Positions 41,076 to 50,566 of a stretch of 64,000 bases of DNA are shown in pieces (positions within the stretch are counted from its first letter, which is position 1; every line of letters begins with the position of its first letter). A program made the translations under genes and the position numbers. This stretch comes from Methanomassiliicoccaceae archaeon (GTDB lineage: Archaea > Thermoplasmatota > Thermoplasmata > Methanomassiliicoccales > Methanomassiliicoccaceae), in the NCBI GenBank assembly GCA_963728405.1, contig CAVSJV010000005.1, positions 128,001 through 192,000 on the forward strand. The letters run 5' to 3'. The notes beneath the pieces are model-generated. The model was not told where the DNA came from. It was given only the letters and a program-made list of their open reading frames with translations, and did no database searches.

Positions 41076-42233
41076 TCATTCAAGCATGTTGACGATCAGG
41101 CGGATGTTCTCTTGGGAACGCAAGTAGAGGGCCTGCACCTTTTCCCGGTCCCTCCATCCCTGGTCGGACATGGCCTTTCGGATGGTGGTCATGATCGTCG
41201 AGACGTTGAGGTCCTCCGTTGGGATCAGATAGTCTTCCCGACCGATAGAGGCCATGAAGGAACGCAGCTTAGGGGCGTAGTCGAAAGCGACCATAGGGAT
41301 GCCCTGGTCCGAGGCGATCAACAGGGTGTGCAGGCGCATGGCGATGAGCAGGTCCAAATGGCTAAGCAATCCTTTCAGCTCATCCGGCGCATACTCCTTT
41401 TCCAACATGGAGAAGCGGTCCTTGCGGCCGATGTTCTCTTGGACTCGGCGGCCCAACATGTCGTCGAAGATGTGGTGGTGATACTCTTTCCCCCGCCCGC
41501 AGGTCTCCATGGGCAGGAACAAGATATGGGCATCCAGCTCCTCGATGAGCATGTTGCAGGTGCCGGTTACTGTCTCGAGGAACTGTTCCTCGTCCCATTG
41601 TGAGTAAAAACGATACATGGGGTCCTGTGAACGTACATTGATCCCCACGGTGATGGATGCCCCATTGTCTCCTTTGACCCCCGTAAGGTGGTCACCATGC
41701 AGCTTCGGAAGTAGGAGAAAGGCCAGATCGGCAGTCAACTTGGTCGGTACTGAGGTTGCTCCCAGCTCAGCCAGCCGCTTCATGGAGTCAGGGTCCCGGA
41801 GGGTGATCAGGTCCAGGGAATTGAGCGCGCTCCTTGCCAGGGCCCTCTGCAACGGTTTCTCGATGGGCAGCGCTCCTACTCCGCAACAGACCACCGGTAC
41901 ACCGAGCATCTTGGCCATTCGAAGGAACGAAAGGCTCGTCAGGTCGCCGTTGAGCAGGTCGCCGCCACCGTAAACGACCAGATCGGAACGCCTCAGGAAC
42001 TCGAGGACACGGAACAGGTTCTCCGGGCGGTAGTACTCGAACAGAGGAGCAACGCCGTCGATCTGGTATTTGCGATCGATCTCCCGTTCATTGTCCGAAA
42101 GAACGAAGATGTGAAGCTTGCCTGGAATGCTCGCGCGAAGGGCCGAAAGCAGGGAAGAGAAGATGGCGTCATCTCCTGAATTGACACCTGCCCAATTGGC
42201 GATGGTGATGGTCGTCTCCGGCCGTTCGTTCAA
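41076..42233 (-). CDS. Polysaccharide pyruvyl transferase family protein
   Basis: NSGDDAI, GGGDLL, GVG..P, ITLRD..S, ADLAF, MRLH. Confidence 0.88.
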   Translation of the reverse strand: MNERPETTITIANWAGVNSGDDAIFSSLLSALRASIPGKLHIFVLSDNEREIDRKYQIDGVAPLFEYYRPENLFRVLEFLRRSDLVVYGGGDLLNGDLTSLSFLRMAKMLGVPVVCCGVGALPIEKPLQRALARSALNSLDLITLRDPDSMKRLAELGATSVPTKLTADLAFLLLPKLHGDHLTGVKGDNGASITVGINVRSQDPMYRFYSQWDEEQFLETVTGTCNMLIEELDAHILFLPMETCGRGKEYHHHIFDDMLGRRVQENIGRKDRFSMLEKEYAPDELKGLLSHLDLLIAMRLHTLLIASDQGIPMVAFDYAPKLRSFMASIGREDYLIPTEDLNVSTIMTTIRKAMSDQGWRDREKVQALYLRSQENIRLIVNMLE

Positions 42234-42312
42234 AAACGTCCCTCCCCCTCTGAGATTTGGACCGCCCGTATTTATAAAACTTCTACTAACGTCTCCCTCA
42301 GGTGCGTATCAC

Positions 42313-42732
42313 ATGTCCACGATGAGTGCTCAGAAACTAGAGAAGGTGGTCAAATCGGAGGATGAATGGAGGCGCCTGCTAGGTCCGGAACGGTTCATCC
42401 TATTGCGGAAGGAGGGCACCGAGCCTGCATTCCAGAACAAGTATTGGAACAATCATGACGCCGGGACCTATGTATGCGGCGGATGCCGGCTCCCATTGTT
42501 CTCGTCGGAAGATAAGTTTGAGTCCGGCACCGGGTGGCCGAGCTTCAACAAGCCGATATCCGATCAGGCTATAGAGACCAAGTCTGACGACCGCTTCGGG
42601 ATGAGGCGGACCGCCGTGGAATGCGCTCGTTGTGGCGGCCATCTCGGTCATGTGTTCAATGACGGCCCACCCCCCACTGGCATGCGCTACTGCATGAACT
42701 CCGGGGCCATGGATTTCCTTCCAAAGAAGTAG
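42313..42732 (+). CDS. msrB: Peptide-methionine (R)-S-oxide reductase
   Basis: GTE.AF, CxxC, KFESGTGWPSF, CxxCGGHLGHVF.DGP, RYCMNS. Confidence 0.96.
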   Translation: MSTMSAQKLEKVVKSEDEWRRLLGPERFILLRKEGTEPAFQNKYWNNHDAGTYVCGGCRLPLFSSEDKFESGTGWPSFNKPISDQAIETKSDDRFGMRRTAVECARCGGHLGHVFNDGPPPTGMRYCMNSGAMDFLPKK

Positions 42733-42733
42733 C

Positions 42734-43423
42734 TCAACGGCCTTTCAGGACCTCGATGACCTGATAAAAATCGGTGAAGGTGCGATGCTCCTTGCCGTCG
42801 CGTTCCAGTGAACGGTCGAGCTTCGAGCCCCTGACTGCGAAGGCCAGGTCGGCCGACATGGCCGCCCAGTGGTCCGATGTGCCGTCCCCGATATAGGCGA
42901 CCCGCCGCCCCGCCGCCCTCTCTTCAAGAACGTTGTCCTCCTTGAAATTGCGGGCCTGATGGTGCTTCTTCGGCGGGAACTCGAACCTCACTCCTGGGCC
43001 AGAATCGGTGACCCTGGGGGCTACCACCTCCGCTTTCCTGTCCCACCCGTGGGCTGCCAGGAAATGTCGGATATAAAAGTCCAGGCCAGCACTGGTGATT
43101 CGGAAACGGTGGTCGTCGGCCCTGCACAGATCGAGGATCTCTTGGAATCCCGGCCGAGGATAGGTCACCTCGTCGAGTATCTGGACCATGCGCTCCCTGG
43201 ACATCTGGATCATCTCGAACTGGCGCCCCATGCATTCCTCGATGGTGATCACCCCCTCCTCCAGAAGGCGTTCGACCCCCCTCCAATCACCGTCGGCGAA
43301 CTTGTCCAGGATGTACTCCGCGGTGTCGATCAGGGTAATAGTGCCGTCGAAATCGCAGAGGACGCTCAGATCCTTCGCCCGCTCTTTCTCCGAGGAATTA
43401 GGAAACCGCTCCATGCCGGGCAT
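42734..43423 (-). CDS. MtnX-like HAD-IB phosphatase
   Basis: CDFDGTIT..D, SAG, K, YIGDG.SD. Confidence 0.85.
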   Translation of the reverse strand: MPGMERFPNSSEKERAKDLSVLCDFDGTITLIDTAEYILDKFADGDWRGVERLLEEGVITIEECMGRQFEMIQMSRERMVQILDEVTYPRPGFQEILDLCRADDHRFRITSAGLDFYIRHFLAAHGWDRKAEVVAPRVTDSGPGVRFEFPPKKHHQARNFKEDNVLEERAAGRRVAYIGDGTSDHWAAMSADLAFAVRGSKLDRSLERDGKEHRTFTDFYQVIEVLKGR

Positions 43424-43668
43424 GGGATGTGGTCAGGGAATAATAAACCGTTAGCCCGGGCCAGGGCGGCGCCCTCAGCACGATGATGCTGGATTGGCCC
43501 CAATTGCTCCAATATTGTGGATATTACGCCGCAGGACCGCGGGCAGGCCACCGCGGCCAAGCAAAGACTTGAGAATTTAGATAAACAATGTTGGTGAAAA
43601 AATATCGGCCGTTGAGCCAGGAGGGGCCAGTCTCACCTTCCGGTCCTCGGGCGGAACAAGGGTGGCAG

Positions 43669-43884
43669 ATGGCAAGGACAACAACAAAGCCGGTCAACTG
43701 GGCAGTGGATGTGGCCTCAAGATTGAAGGGAGCACATTTCCCACTTGATGAAGTCGAGGCCAGGGAGAGGCTGGAAGGGGTCATGGTCAAAGGAAATGAC
43801 ATCAAGGACATCCTGGACCGTATGAATTTCCCCGTGCCCACTCCCGCCGATATGCTGCACCAGATCTCAGATGGCTTGGATTGA
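43669..43884 (+). CDS. MTH865-like small protein
   Basis: LKGAHFPL...FPVPTPAD repeat pattern. Confidence 0.55.
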   Translation: MARTTTKPVNWAVDVASRLKGAHFPLDEVEARERLEGVMVKGNDIKDILDRMNFPVPTPADMLHQISDGLD

Positions 43885-43957
43885 TCGGATCGGTCCCCGG
43901 TCGGCCTGGGCGTAATTATTGTAAGGTCAGCTATCGATATCATATGGGGTAGCATCT

Positions 43958-45325
43958 TTGATATTGAAGAAGGTAAAATCGGAAGGCCTCGCGCACCTAT
44001 CTTATCTGGTGGGATCGGACGGTAAGGCGGCCGTGATCGACCCCCGGAGGGATTGCCAAGTATACCTCAACATGGCCGAGGAGGAGGGGTTGAGGATCAC
44101 AGACATCCTGGAGACCCACCGCAATGAGGACTATGTCACCGGTTCCCGAGAGTTGGCCTCGATGACCGGAGCGTCCATACATCATGGACAGCTGGATTTC
44201 GAGTATGGGCAGCTGATCCGTGAGGGGGAGGAGATATATCTGGGGCAGGCCGTTCTACGAGCCCTTGAAACGCCTGGACACACTCCTGAGAGCATGTCCT
44301 ATGCAATTCTGGACCGTTCCGCAGGGTCGGAGGTCATCGGGGTCTTCACAGGAGATGCCCTTTTTGTCGGCGAGGTGGGCCGGACCGACCTCTTTGGACA
44401 TGATCAGATCGGGGAACTAGCCGCCCAATTGTTCGACTCACTACACAAAAAGTTGAAACCGCTCGGTCTCGGAGCGATCATCTACCCTGCCCATGGGGCT
44501 GGCTCAGCCTGTGGAGGAAGCATCTCCAACCGCGAGGAGAGCACCATTGGCCTTGAGATGGCCCAGAATCCTGCCCTCCAGATCGATGATAAGATGAGCT
44601 TCGTAGCTATGAAATCGGCAGAGAGGATGGAGAAGCCTTACTACTTCTCCACCATGGAAGCGATCAATCTTCGAGGGCAACCGATCCTCGGCCGGTTGCC
44701 CCAGCCCCCCGCCCTCTCGCCGAAGGAGTTCAAGGAGCTGGCCGGGAATGGTCGAGTGATCCTCGATGTTCGAGCCCCCGCTGGCTTTGCCACCGCCCAT
44801 GTAACTGGTGCCATAAGTATCCCCGAGGAGGTGTTGCCAAACTATGCCGGCTGGACGTTCGATTACGATCACCCATTACTGATCGTGCTGGACGAGAACC
44901 GGGATATTCAAAAGGTGGTGGCTGAGCTCATCAGGATCGGCTATGACCATATCGATGGATATCTACGCGATGGCATGGAGGGATGGACCAAGGCCGGACT
45001 GCCTATAGACTCATTCCCTGCCATCACTGGACGAACTCTTTCCGACCGCCGTGCAGCCGGCGAGGACATCTTCGTGCTCGATGTGCGTACGAACAAGGAA
45101 TGGGCCGAGGAGCGGGTCGAAGGAGCGGTCCACATCTTCGCTGGATATCTGAGGGAGAGGATAGGTGAGGTGCCTAGGGATCGCCCCGTAGCGGTAATGT
45201 GCTCATCTGGATTGCGAGGCAGTCTTGGGGCGAGCATGCTGCAAAGCGAGGGATACGGTCTGATGTTCAATGTATTAGGAGGAATAAGTGGATGGAAGAA
45301 GGCAGGCCTCCCTACGATCAAGTAG
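43958..45325 (+). CDS. MBL-fold hydrolase with two rhodanese domains (persulfide dioxygenase-like)
   Basis: ETHRNEDY, TPGHTPES, FTGDALFVG.VGR.DL, PAHGAGSACG, LDVR twice, CSSGLR. Confidence 0.9.
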   Translation: MILKKVKSEGLAHLSYLVGSDGKAAVIDPRRDCQVYLNMAEEEGLRITDILETHRNEDYVTGSRELASMTGASIHHGQLDFEYGQLIREGEEIYLGQAVLRALETPGHTPESMSYAILDRSAGSEVIGVFTGDALFVGEVGRTDLFGHDQIGELAAQLFDSLHKKLKPLGLGAIIYPAHGAGSACGGSISNREESTIGLEMAQNPALQIDDKMSFVAMKSAERMEKPYYFSTMEAINLRGQPILGRLPQPPALSPKEFKELAGNGRVILDVRAPAGFATAHVTGAISIPEEVLPNYAGWTFDYDHPLLIVLDENRDIQKVVAELIRIGYDHIDGYLRDGMEGWTKAGLPIDSFPAITGRTLSDRRAAGEDIFVLDVRTNKEWAEERVEGAVHIFAGYLRERIGEVPRDRPVAVMCSSGLRGSLGASMLQSEGYGLMFNVLGGISGWKKAGLPTIK

Positions 45326-45433
45326 GTCACGCGGCCAGTCAACGTGGTCCGACCTAAGTATTAATACGAAGTGTAGATACTATTCAAAACTCTACAAAGA
45401 AAAAGCAAACATATACCAAAAAACCGATTGTGA

Positions 45434-45450
45434 ATGCAACAATGTTGCAT
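45434..45450. promoter_or_regulatory. Perfect palindrome ATGCAACA-A-TGTTGCAT, with a second partial copy AACATTGTTGC at 45479-45489
   Basis: Seen directly in the AT-rich region upstream of the MT2 gene; the two copies flank a TATA-like aatatata. Confidence 0.65.
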
Positions 45451-45546
45451 ATTAACAATATATAGATTCTCAGTTTGGAACATTGTTGCGATTCGTGAGT
45501 AACAAGGATTAAATATCTACAAACCCAGTGAAGCAATAGGGATTAT

Positions 45547-46662
45547 ATGGGCTACGAGGAGCTATTTCCGCCATATGACATGGAGTGGCACGGTAAGGCC
45601 ACTAAGCGCTTTGCGAATCCCTTTGTCGACAACAAGTTCGACAGGGTCGATGTAGACCCCGTCATGCTATCGCACGCTGCGGTGGCATGCGGCTACTCGA
45701 TTAGGGATTTCTATGAAAAACCGGAACTCGGGATACACTGCCTGGCGTACATCTATCAGCTGTACGACCTGCTGCCTGTTTCCCACTGGTTCTACTCCAC
45801 ACCTTGGCTCAAGGAGCTGGGAATGGAATTGACCCAGAAGGACACTCTGCCGCCAATCGCCGAGACTCCGATCATCAGTGAGCCGGGCGAGGTCGACAAC
45901 ATACGGGTTCCGGACATTGATGAAGTAAGGAAGGGCTACACCTATACTCAGTATCAGAGGCTCTATTCTTACGTGCAGAAGAACATACCCCAGACATTTG
46001 TGCCGATCTCATACGGGTTTGACCCGGTCGCCGAGGCGTCCCACATCTGCGGTGTAGAGAACTTCGTTATGTGGACCTTCACCGAACCGGAAGCGGCCCA
46101 CAAGCTAGTGACGAAGTTCACCGACACTGCCGTCAACGGTGCCCTCTGTACCGCCAAGGACTACGGTATGGCCATGCTCGTGCTGGGTTCCGTTCTGACC
46201 AACAACGATATCTTCTCTGATGAGGCTGTTCGCGAGTACGGTGTCAACAACATGCGGTACTTCATCGACAAGGCCTTCAGGGGAGGCGCCGGTCCGCAGA
46301 TATTCTATCACTGCTGCGGTAACAACGAGACCTGCTACAAGGAGTTCCACAACCTGATCTGGTCGCCGTTCACTGTGTTCCACATCGGCTACAAGGGCCG
46401 GGACGTTTTCCCGACCGAGCTGCTGAAGAAGGAATTCGGCAACAAGGCCACCATCATGGGATCGGTTGACACCAAGCTGATGATCAACCCGAACCCCAAG
46501 GCAGTATACGACCAGGCCGCAACATCGGTCAAGGCCGGTCGCGACAGCCCGAGAGGTTACATCCTTGGTTCGGCTTGCGAATGCCCCATGTATACGCTTC
46601 CGTCCAGCATCCTGGCTATGACCAGGGCGGCTAGGGACCATGGAACGTATGGGAAGTTCTGA
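45547..46662 (+). CDS. Divergent methylcobamide:thiol methyltransferase (MT2, MtaA/CmuA/UroD superfamily)
   Basis: DR motif, A..I.G.EN..MW...PE..HKL, Zn-ligand HxC (YHCCG), IMGSVDT, GYILGSACECP; strong codon bias. Confidence 0.82.
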   Translation: MGYEELFPPYDMEWHGKATKRFANPFVDNKFDRVDVDPVMLSHAAVACGYSIRDFYEKPELGIHCLAYIYQLYDLLPVSHWFYSTPWLKELGMELTQKDTLPPIAETPIISEPGEVDNIRVPDIDEVRKGYTYTQYQRLYSYVQKNIPQTFVPISYGFDPVAEASHICGVENFVMWTFTEPEAAHKLVTKFTDTAVNGALCTAKDYGMAMLVLGSVLTNNDIFSDEAVREYGVNNMRYFIDKAFRGGAGPQIFYHCCGNNETCYKEFHNLIWSPFTVFHIGYKGRDVFPTELLKKEFGNKATIMGSVDTKLMINPNPKAVYDQAATSVKAGRDSPRGYILGSACECPMYTLPSSILAMTRAARDHGTYGKF

Positions 46663-46672
46663 GGTGAGCAAA

Positions 46673-47119
46673 ATGGACGCAAAGTTCTCCGCTAACGCCA
46701 AGGACCTGATGGGTAAGAGGGGTCTGAAGGAAGCCGACGTCGCTGACGTCGTCAAGACCGCTGTAACCACCAACAGGAAGATTACCGACGGCAAGAACAA
46801 CATTGCCAAGAAGCGCATCGGCGAAGTTACCGTATACGCCTTCTACGACAATGATGGCAACGTCGAGTCCGCATACTCCCACCGCATGGTGCTGGGCGAG
46901 CCGGTGAAGACCACCGATACCCCTGAGGTCACCGCCTGGGAATGCACGCACTGCAAGGAAAAGGCTATCTCCGGAACCGTCAACATGACCTATATGGGGG
47001 TCACCAGGTCCGGACCGGCCATCGTCTGCCAGAAGTGCGGTGACTCCTGGGTCGAGGAATACCTCGCCACCAAGACCATTGCAGCCGCCGAAGGCCTCTT
47101 CGAAAAGAAGAAGGCTTAA
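46673..47119 (+). CDS. Two-domain small protein: 'AYSHRM' domain + CxxC...CxxC DVU_1557-like redox domain
   Basis: RBS gaggtga; ...VTVYAFY..SAYSHRM, then WECTHC...V.MTYMG...CQKCG..WVEEYLA...AAAEGLFEKK. Confidence 0.75.
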   Translation: MDAKFSANAKDLMGKRGLKEADVADVVKTAVTTNRKITDGKNNIAKKRIGEVTVYAFYDNDGNVESAYSHRMVLGEPVKTTDTPEVTAWECTHCKEKAISGTVNMTYMGVTRSGPAIVCQKCGDSWVEEYLATKTIAAAEGLFEKKKA

Positions 47120-47128
47120 ACAACTTAT

Positions 47129-47168
47129 GGCCGCATCGCGGCCCCTTTCCACATTTTTCCTTTTTTTA
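47129..47168 (+). terminator. Hairpin plus oligo-T terminator after the MT2 bicistron
   Basis: GGCCGC-ATC-GCGGCC followed by cctttccacatttttccttttttt. Confidence 0.65.
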
Positions 47169-47249
47169 TAACGCTTCTAGATACCTGGGCTTTCTCAGAA
47201 AACCATAACTATGCTGAAGCCATTGAAGCTTCTAGTTCTGGTGCCGATC

Positions 47250-48626
47250 ATGAGAGAGAATTTGGGGGAAAGCGAGAGTCTGTGCCCGGAGTGCCTGAAG
47301 GTCATCCCGGCGTCAAAGTTCGCCGAGAACGATAACGTTTATCTGGAGAAGACCTGCCCAGAGCATGGCTACTATAAGGTCCTGATCTGGAGAGGGGTTT
47401 CTGATTACAAATCGATGAAGGCCTATGCCTGCGTTCCCTCCAAGCCCGAGAAGTACGCCGTGAAGAACAAGGCCACCTGCCCCATCGACTGTGGCTTGTG
47501 CCAGGACCATACCCAGCACACCTGCCTAGTGGTGCTGGAGGTCACCAACGATTGCAATCTCAAATGCCCCATCTGCTTTGCCTCGGCCAACGAGCGCTAT
47601 CACTTCAATCCAACCATGGAAATGATCAAGGGCATGTTCCAGACCACCCTTGACTATGTCAATCATCCCATCTGCATCCAGATCAGCGGAGGAGAGCCGA
47701 CCATCCGAGACGATCTGCCGGACATCCTGAGCCTTGGCAAGAGCATGGGCATCGACTATATCGAGGTCAACACCAACGGCGTACGCTTCGCTCAGGACCT
47801 GGACTTCCTGAAGAGGTGTAAGGAGGCCGGAATGGACTCTATATATTTCTCGTTCGACGGCCTGAGCAGCGAAATTTACATGAAGACCTGCGGAAAGGAC
47901 CTGCTGGCCTCTAAGCTGAAGACCATCGAGAACTGCCGCGAGGCCGGCGTCGGGGTAACCCTGGTGACGGTCGTCTCACCGGACATCAATCTCAATCAGA
48001 TCGGTGATCTGATCAACTTTGCCAAGAAGAACATCCCCACCGTGAAGGGCATCCACTTCCAGCCGCTCAGCTACTTCGGCCGCTTCCCGATCGTACCGAA
48101 GGACGAAAATCGCACGGTGCTGCCGGACCTCCTGAAGGAGATCGAGCGGCAGACCAAGGGCGAGCTGAGGATGGACAACTTCATTCCCACCTCCTGCACC
48201 AATGTTCACTGTGACGTCAAGTCCATGTCTGTGCTGATGGAGGACGGTACGCTGTTCCCCCTGACCCACCGGGCGATGGGCCCCCCCAAGGATACCTGCT
48301 GCATAGCAACGAAGACGAGGAAGGAGATCAGTGATCTGTGGCGGTACATCGACGAGAGCATGGGCTCGGACAGTGGGGAGGCCAAGGGCACCTGGGATGA
48401 GTTCATCCAGAGGGCCCGGACCAACTATCTTACTATCTCTAGCATGCCCTTCCAGGATGTCTGGAACGTGGACACCGATCGGCTCAAGGGCTGTTGCATC
48501 CACACCGTAACCCCGGATGGCAAGCTCATCCCGTTCTGCCTGTTCAACATTAACAGCATCCATGGGAAGACCCTCTACCGTCATGAGATCCTGGAGAAGT
48601 ACGCCACGAAGGGCGGCAGCGCTTAG
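47250..48626 (+). CDS. Radical SAM protein of the Tes/MJ0619-TrsS clade
   Basis: CPEC..CPEHG rubredoxin-like site, CPIDCGLC.DH auxiliary cluster, CNLKCPIC SAM cluster, SGGEPT, NTNG, FQP, HC, MPFQD.WN.D..RL..CCIH....G..IPFC..N. Confidence 0.9.
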   Translation: MRENLGESESLCPECLKVIPASKFAENDNVYLEKTCPEHGYYKVLIWRGVSDYKSMKAYACVPSKPEKYAVKNKATCPIDCGLCQDHTQHTCLVVLEVTNDCNLKCPICFASANERYHFNPTMEMIKGMFQTTLDYVNHPICIQISGGEPTIRDDLPDILSLGKSMGIDYIEVNTNGVRFAQDLDFLKRCKEAGMDSIYFSFDGLSSEIYMKTCGKDLLASKLKTIENCREAGVGVTLVTVVSPDINLNQIGDLINFAKKNIPTVKGIHFQPLSYFGRFPIVPKDENRTVLPDLLKEIERQTKGELRMDNFIPTSCTNVHCDVKSMSVLMEDGTLFPLTHRAMGPPKDTCCIATKTRKEISDLWRYIDESMGSDSGEAKGTWDEFIQRARTNYLTISSMPFQDVWNVDTDRLKGCCIHTVTPDGKLIPFCLFNINSIHGKTLYRHEILEKYATKGGSA

Positions 48627-49049
48627 GAGACCACCTTCACTGCCCCCCACTGACCAACCGCCATGGTCAAGCTCAAACAAGCTCGGCCATGGTGCCATTC
48701 CCCCGCAGAGGGAGTGATTGTTTTCACCGGGAGCTGGGGGGGCCGGTCGGAACACCGATCGGTAGATGGTTTTGACCCCATTGTAGTATGGCTCAGCCAT
48801 CGGTCCTCGATTCACCGGCTATGGATCACTCCAATCTCGGGCCTGCCAAGTACAGAGCCCTCTTGGTGAATCCGTGGTCGAAGCTCTCCTCGGCCAGATC
48901 GAGCACCCTGAAGGCAGCGGCGATGTCGCCGGGTGGGTCGCTCAGGGGTGGGGATCGGAGCTTGAGATCGTCGCTCCATACTACATGAGCGATACCACAT
49001 TGGTGCCTAGTCTGACGAGCTTGATGCTCAACGTCAGGGGGGAACCCCC

Positions 49050-49697
49050 TCACCGAACGGCCAGACCGCGCTCGTCGATCTCCCGTGCCAGAGCCTTGGC
49101 CTTGGACCACGCCTCTCGCATAAGGTCAAGGGAGCCGACGGTCCGCTCATGCCTCATGCACAGGGTCTGGGCGAACTTTTCCGAATGACATCGGCACGCT
49201 TCGGTATCGCCCACGCCAGTCTCTATGAACAGGCAGCGGGAGAAGCCGTCGAACATCATCTTCAGGAAATAGTCTGGTTGATACCCCTCCCCCTTCATAC
49301 AGTCGAGATCGAACAACCTGATCATTCCGGGCATGCCATTCTTGGCCCACCCTGCGGGATAAAACCAGGTTATCCCCCCGTTCTTCTTCTCAGTATGATA
49401 TCTCTCGGTGGTCAGCATGGCGGCGATGCAGTCCTCGAATTCCAGCATGACCACGGGCACTCCGACCACCCCCTTGATGTCCTTAAGGCTCTGGCAATAG
49501 CCGTAGCCCAGGAAGACAACGTCCACCTTTCCCTCGAGGCCGATGAGCTTCTCGATGATCACCTTCCTAAGGTCATCTGGCCTTATGTGCAATCCGAACT
49601 CGATGTATTCTCGAAATACCACATCATGCTCCCCGGCCGTGACCGCCTCGATCTCGTCCCGGATGGCATCACATCCCAGTATGCCTAATTTCATCAT
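49050..49697 (-). CDS. DUF1638 domain protein (second paralog)
   Basis: GILGCDAIRDEI, FGLH..P..L, LGYGYC, EDCIA, WFYPAGW. Confidence 0.85.
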   Translation of the reverse strand: MMKLGILGCDAIRDEIEAVTAGEHDVVFREYIEFGLHIRPDDLRKVIIEKLIGLEGKVDVVFLGYGYCQSLKDIKGVVGVPVVMLEFEDCIAAMLTTERYHTEKKNGGITWFYPAGWAKNGMPGMIRLFDLDCMKGEGYQPDYFLKMMFDGFSRCLFIETGVGDTEACRCHSEKFAQTLCMRHERTVGSLDLMREAWSKAKALAREIDERGLAVR

Positions 49698-49852
49698 CTT
49701 ACCTGCATCGATGATGGGCCCACCAGAGGTTTAGGATGACCACTTATTTTGATGTCCAATTTCAGACACTCTAGGGGATGAAAAACAACTGCATAATCGG
49801 CGGGGGCATTCAGTAAAGCTCTTCTTCTGATAGTTGGTTCCAGAGCAACGGC

Positions 49853-50485
49853 ATGACCATCGCAGAGTTCTCTGTCAACGGCATGAGCGCCTGGATAAAC
49901 GATATCTCCCAAAAGTACCTGGCCACTGTGCGCATAATCGACTGCATACCGTGGGGATCTCAAGGTGGTCAGGCCATCTTCGAAATCGAGGGCAGCCGGG
50001 GAAGGGCGATGTACATGATACGGGACATCAAGGAGCACCCGGACATCACCAGCATCGACATGAATCCCCCGGAAGGGGGGAGACTACGAGGAATGGTAGG
50101 GATGAGCAGTTGTGCCATCATCCGGTTGATGCTCTCAGCGGGCTGTTTCCTCGAGAAGGCGGAGGCGGACGGGGACGGCAGGGTTCGATTCCGCGTTGCG
50201 GTCGGCAGCGAAGGCTCCCTTCCTGACCTGTTCCGCAAGCTGGAGGCCATAGGCATCAATGCGGAACTGCTAAGCCTGAGCCGGACCGAGGAGCACGATC
50301 CGCTAACGGAGAAGCAGGAAGAGGTCGTTCGGCTCGCTTTGGAAAAAGGTTATTTCGACACCCCTCGACGGATCAAGGCCAAGGATCTGGCCAAACTATG
50401 TGGGATCACCCCGGCAACGTTCGGGGACATGCTTAAGCGTGGTGAACGCAACCTACTGCGAAGCTATTTTAAGAATAAAAGGTAG
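49853..50485 (+). CDS. HTH-10 transcriptional regulator (third paralog)
   Basis: LTEKQEEVVRLALEKGYFDTPRR...LAKLCGITPAT. Confidence 0.85.
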   Translation: MTIAEFSVNGMSAWINDISQKYLATVRIIDCIPWGSQGGQAIFEIEGSRGRAMYMIRDIKEHPDITSIDMNPPEGGRLRGMVGMSSCAIIRLMLSAGCFLEKAEADGDGRVRFRVAVGSEGSLPDLFRKLEAIGINAELLSLSRTEEHDPLTEKQEEVVRLALEKGYFDTPRRIKAKDLAKLCGITPATFGDMLKRGERNLLRSYFKNKR

Positions 50486-50566
50486 ATGCGGCTAGGAACC
50501 TGGCCGTTTCCGATTCCCAGAGTGTGCTAAGCAATATTCTAGAGATACAGGTAGGGAAGGACCGCG

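Noticed and set aside
42313-48626. Selenocysteine in MsrB or the TrsS-like radical SAM
   Set aside because: Both have ordinary Cys codons and no in-frame TGA.
48630-49049. 420-bp gap after the radical SAM gene, with faint similarity to a SAM-methyltransferase fragment (LDLAEESFD..AL) on the minus strand
   Set aside because: Too short and interrupted by stops to support a call; BLASTx needed.
10718-50485. TAG stops of znuC, msrB, MBL-rhodanese, radical SAM and HTH-10 genes as pyrrolysine read-through sites
   Set aside because: Each TAG falls at the expected C-terminus of its family, so no read-through is needed.
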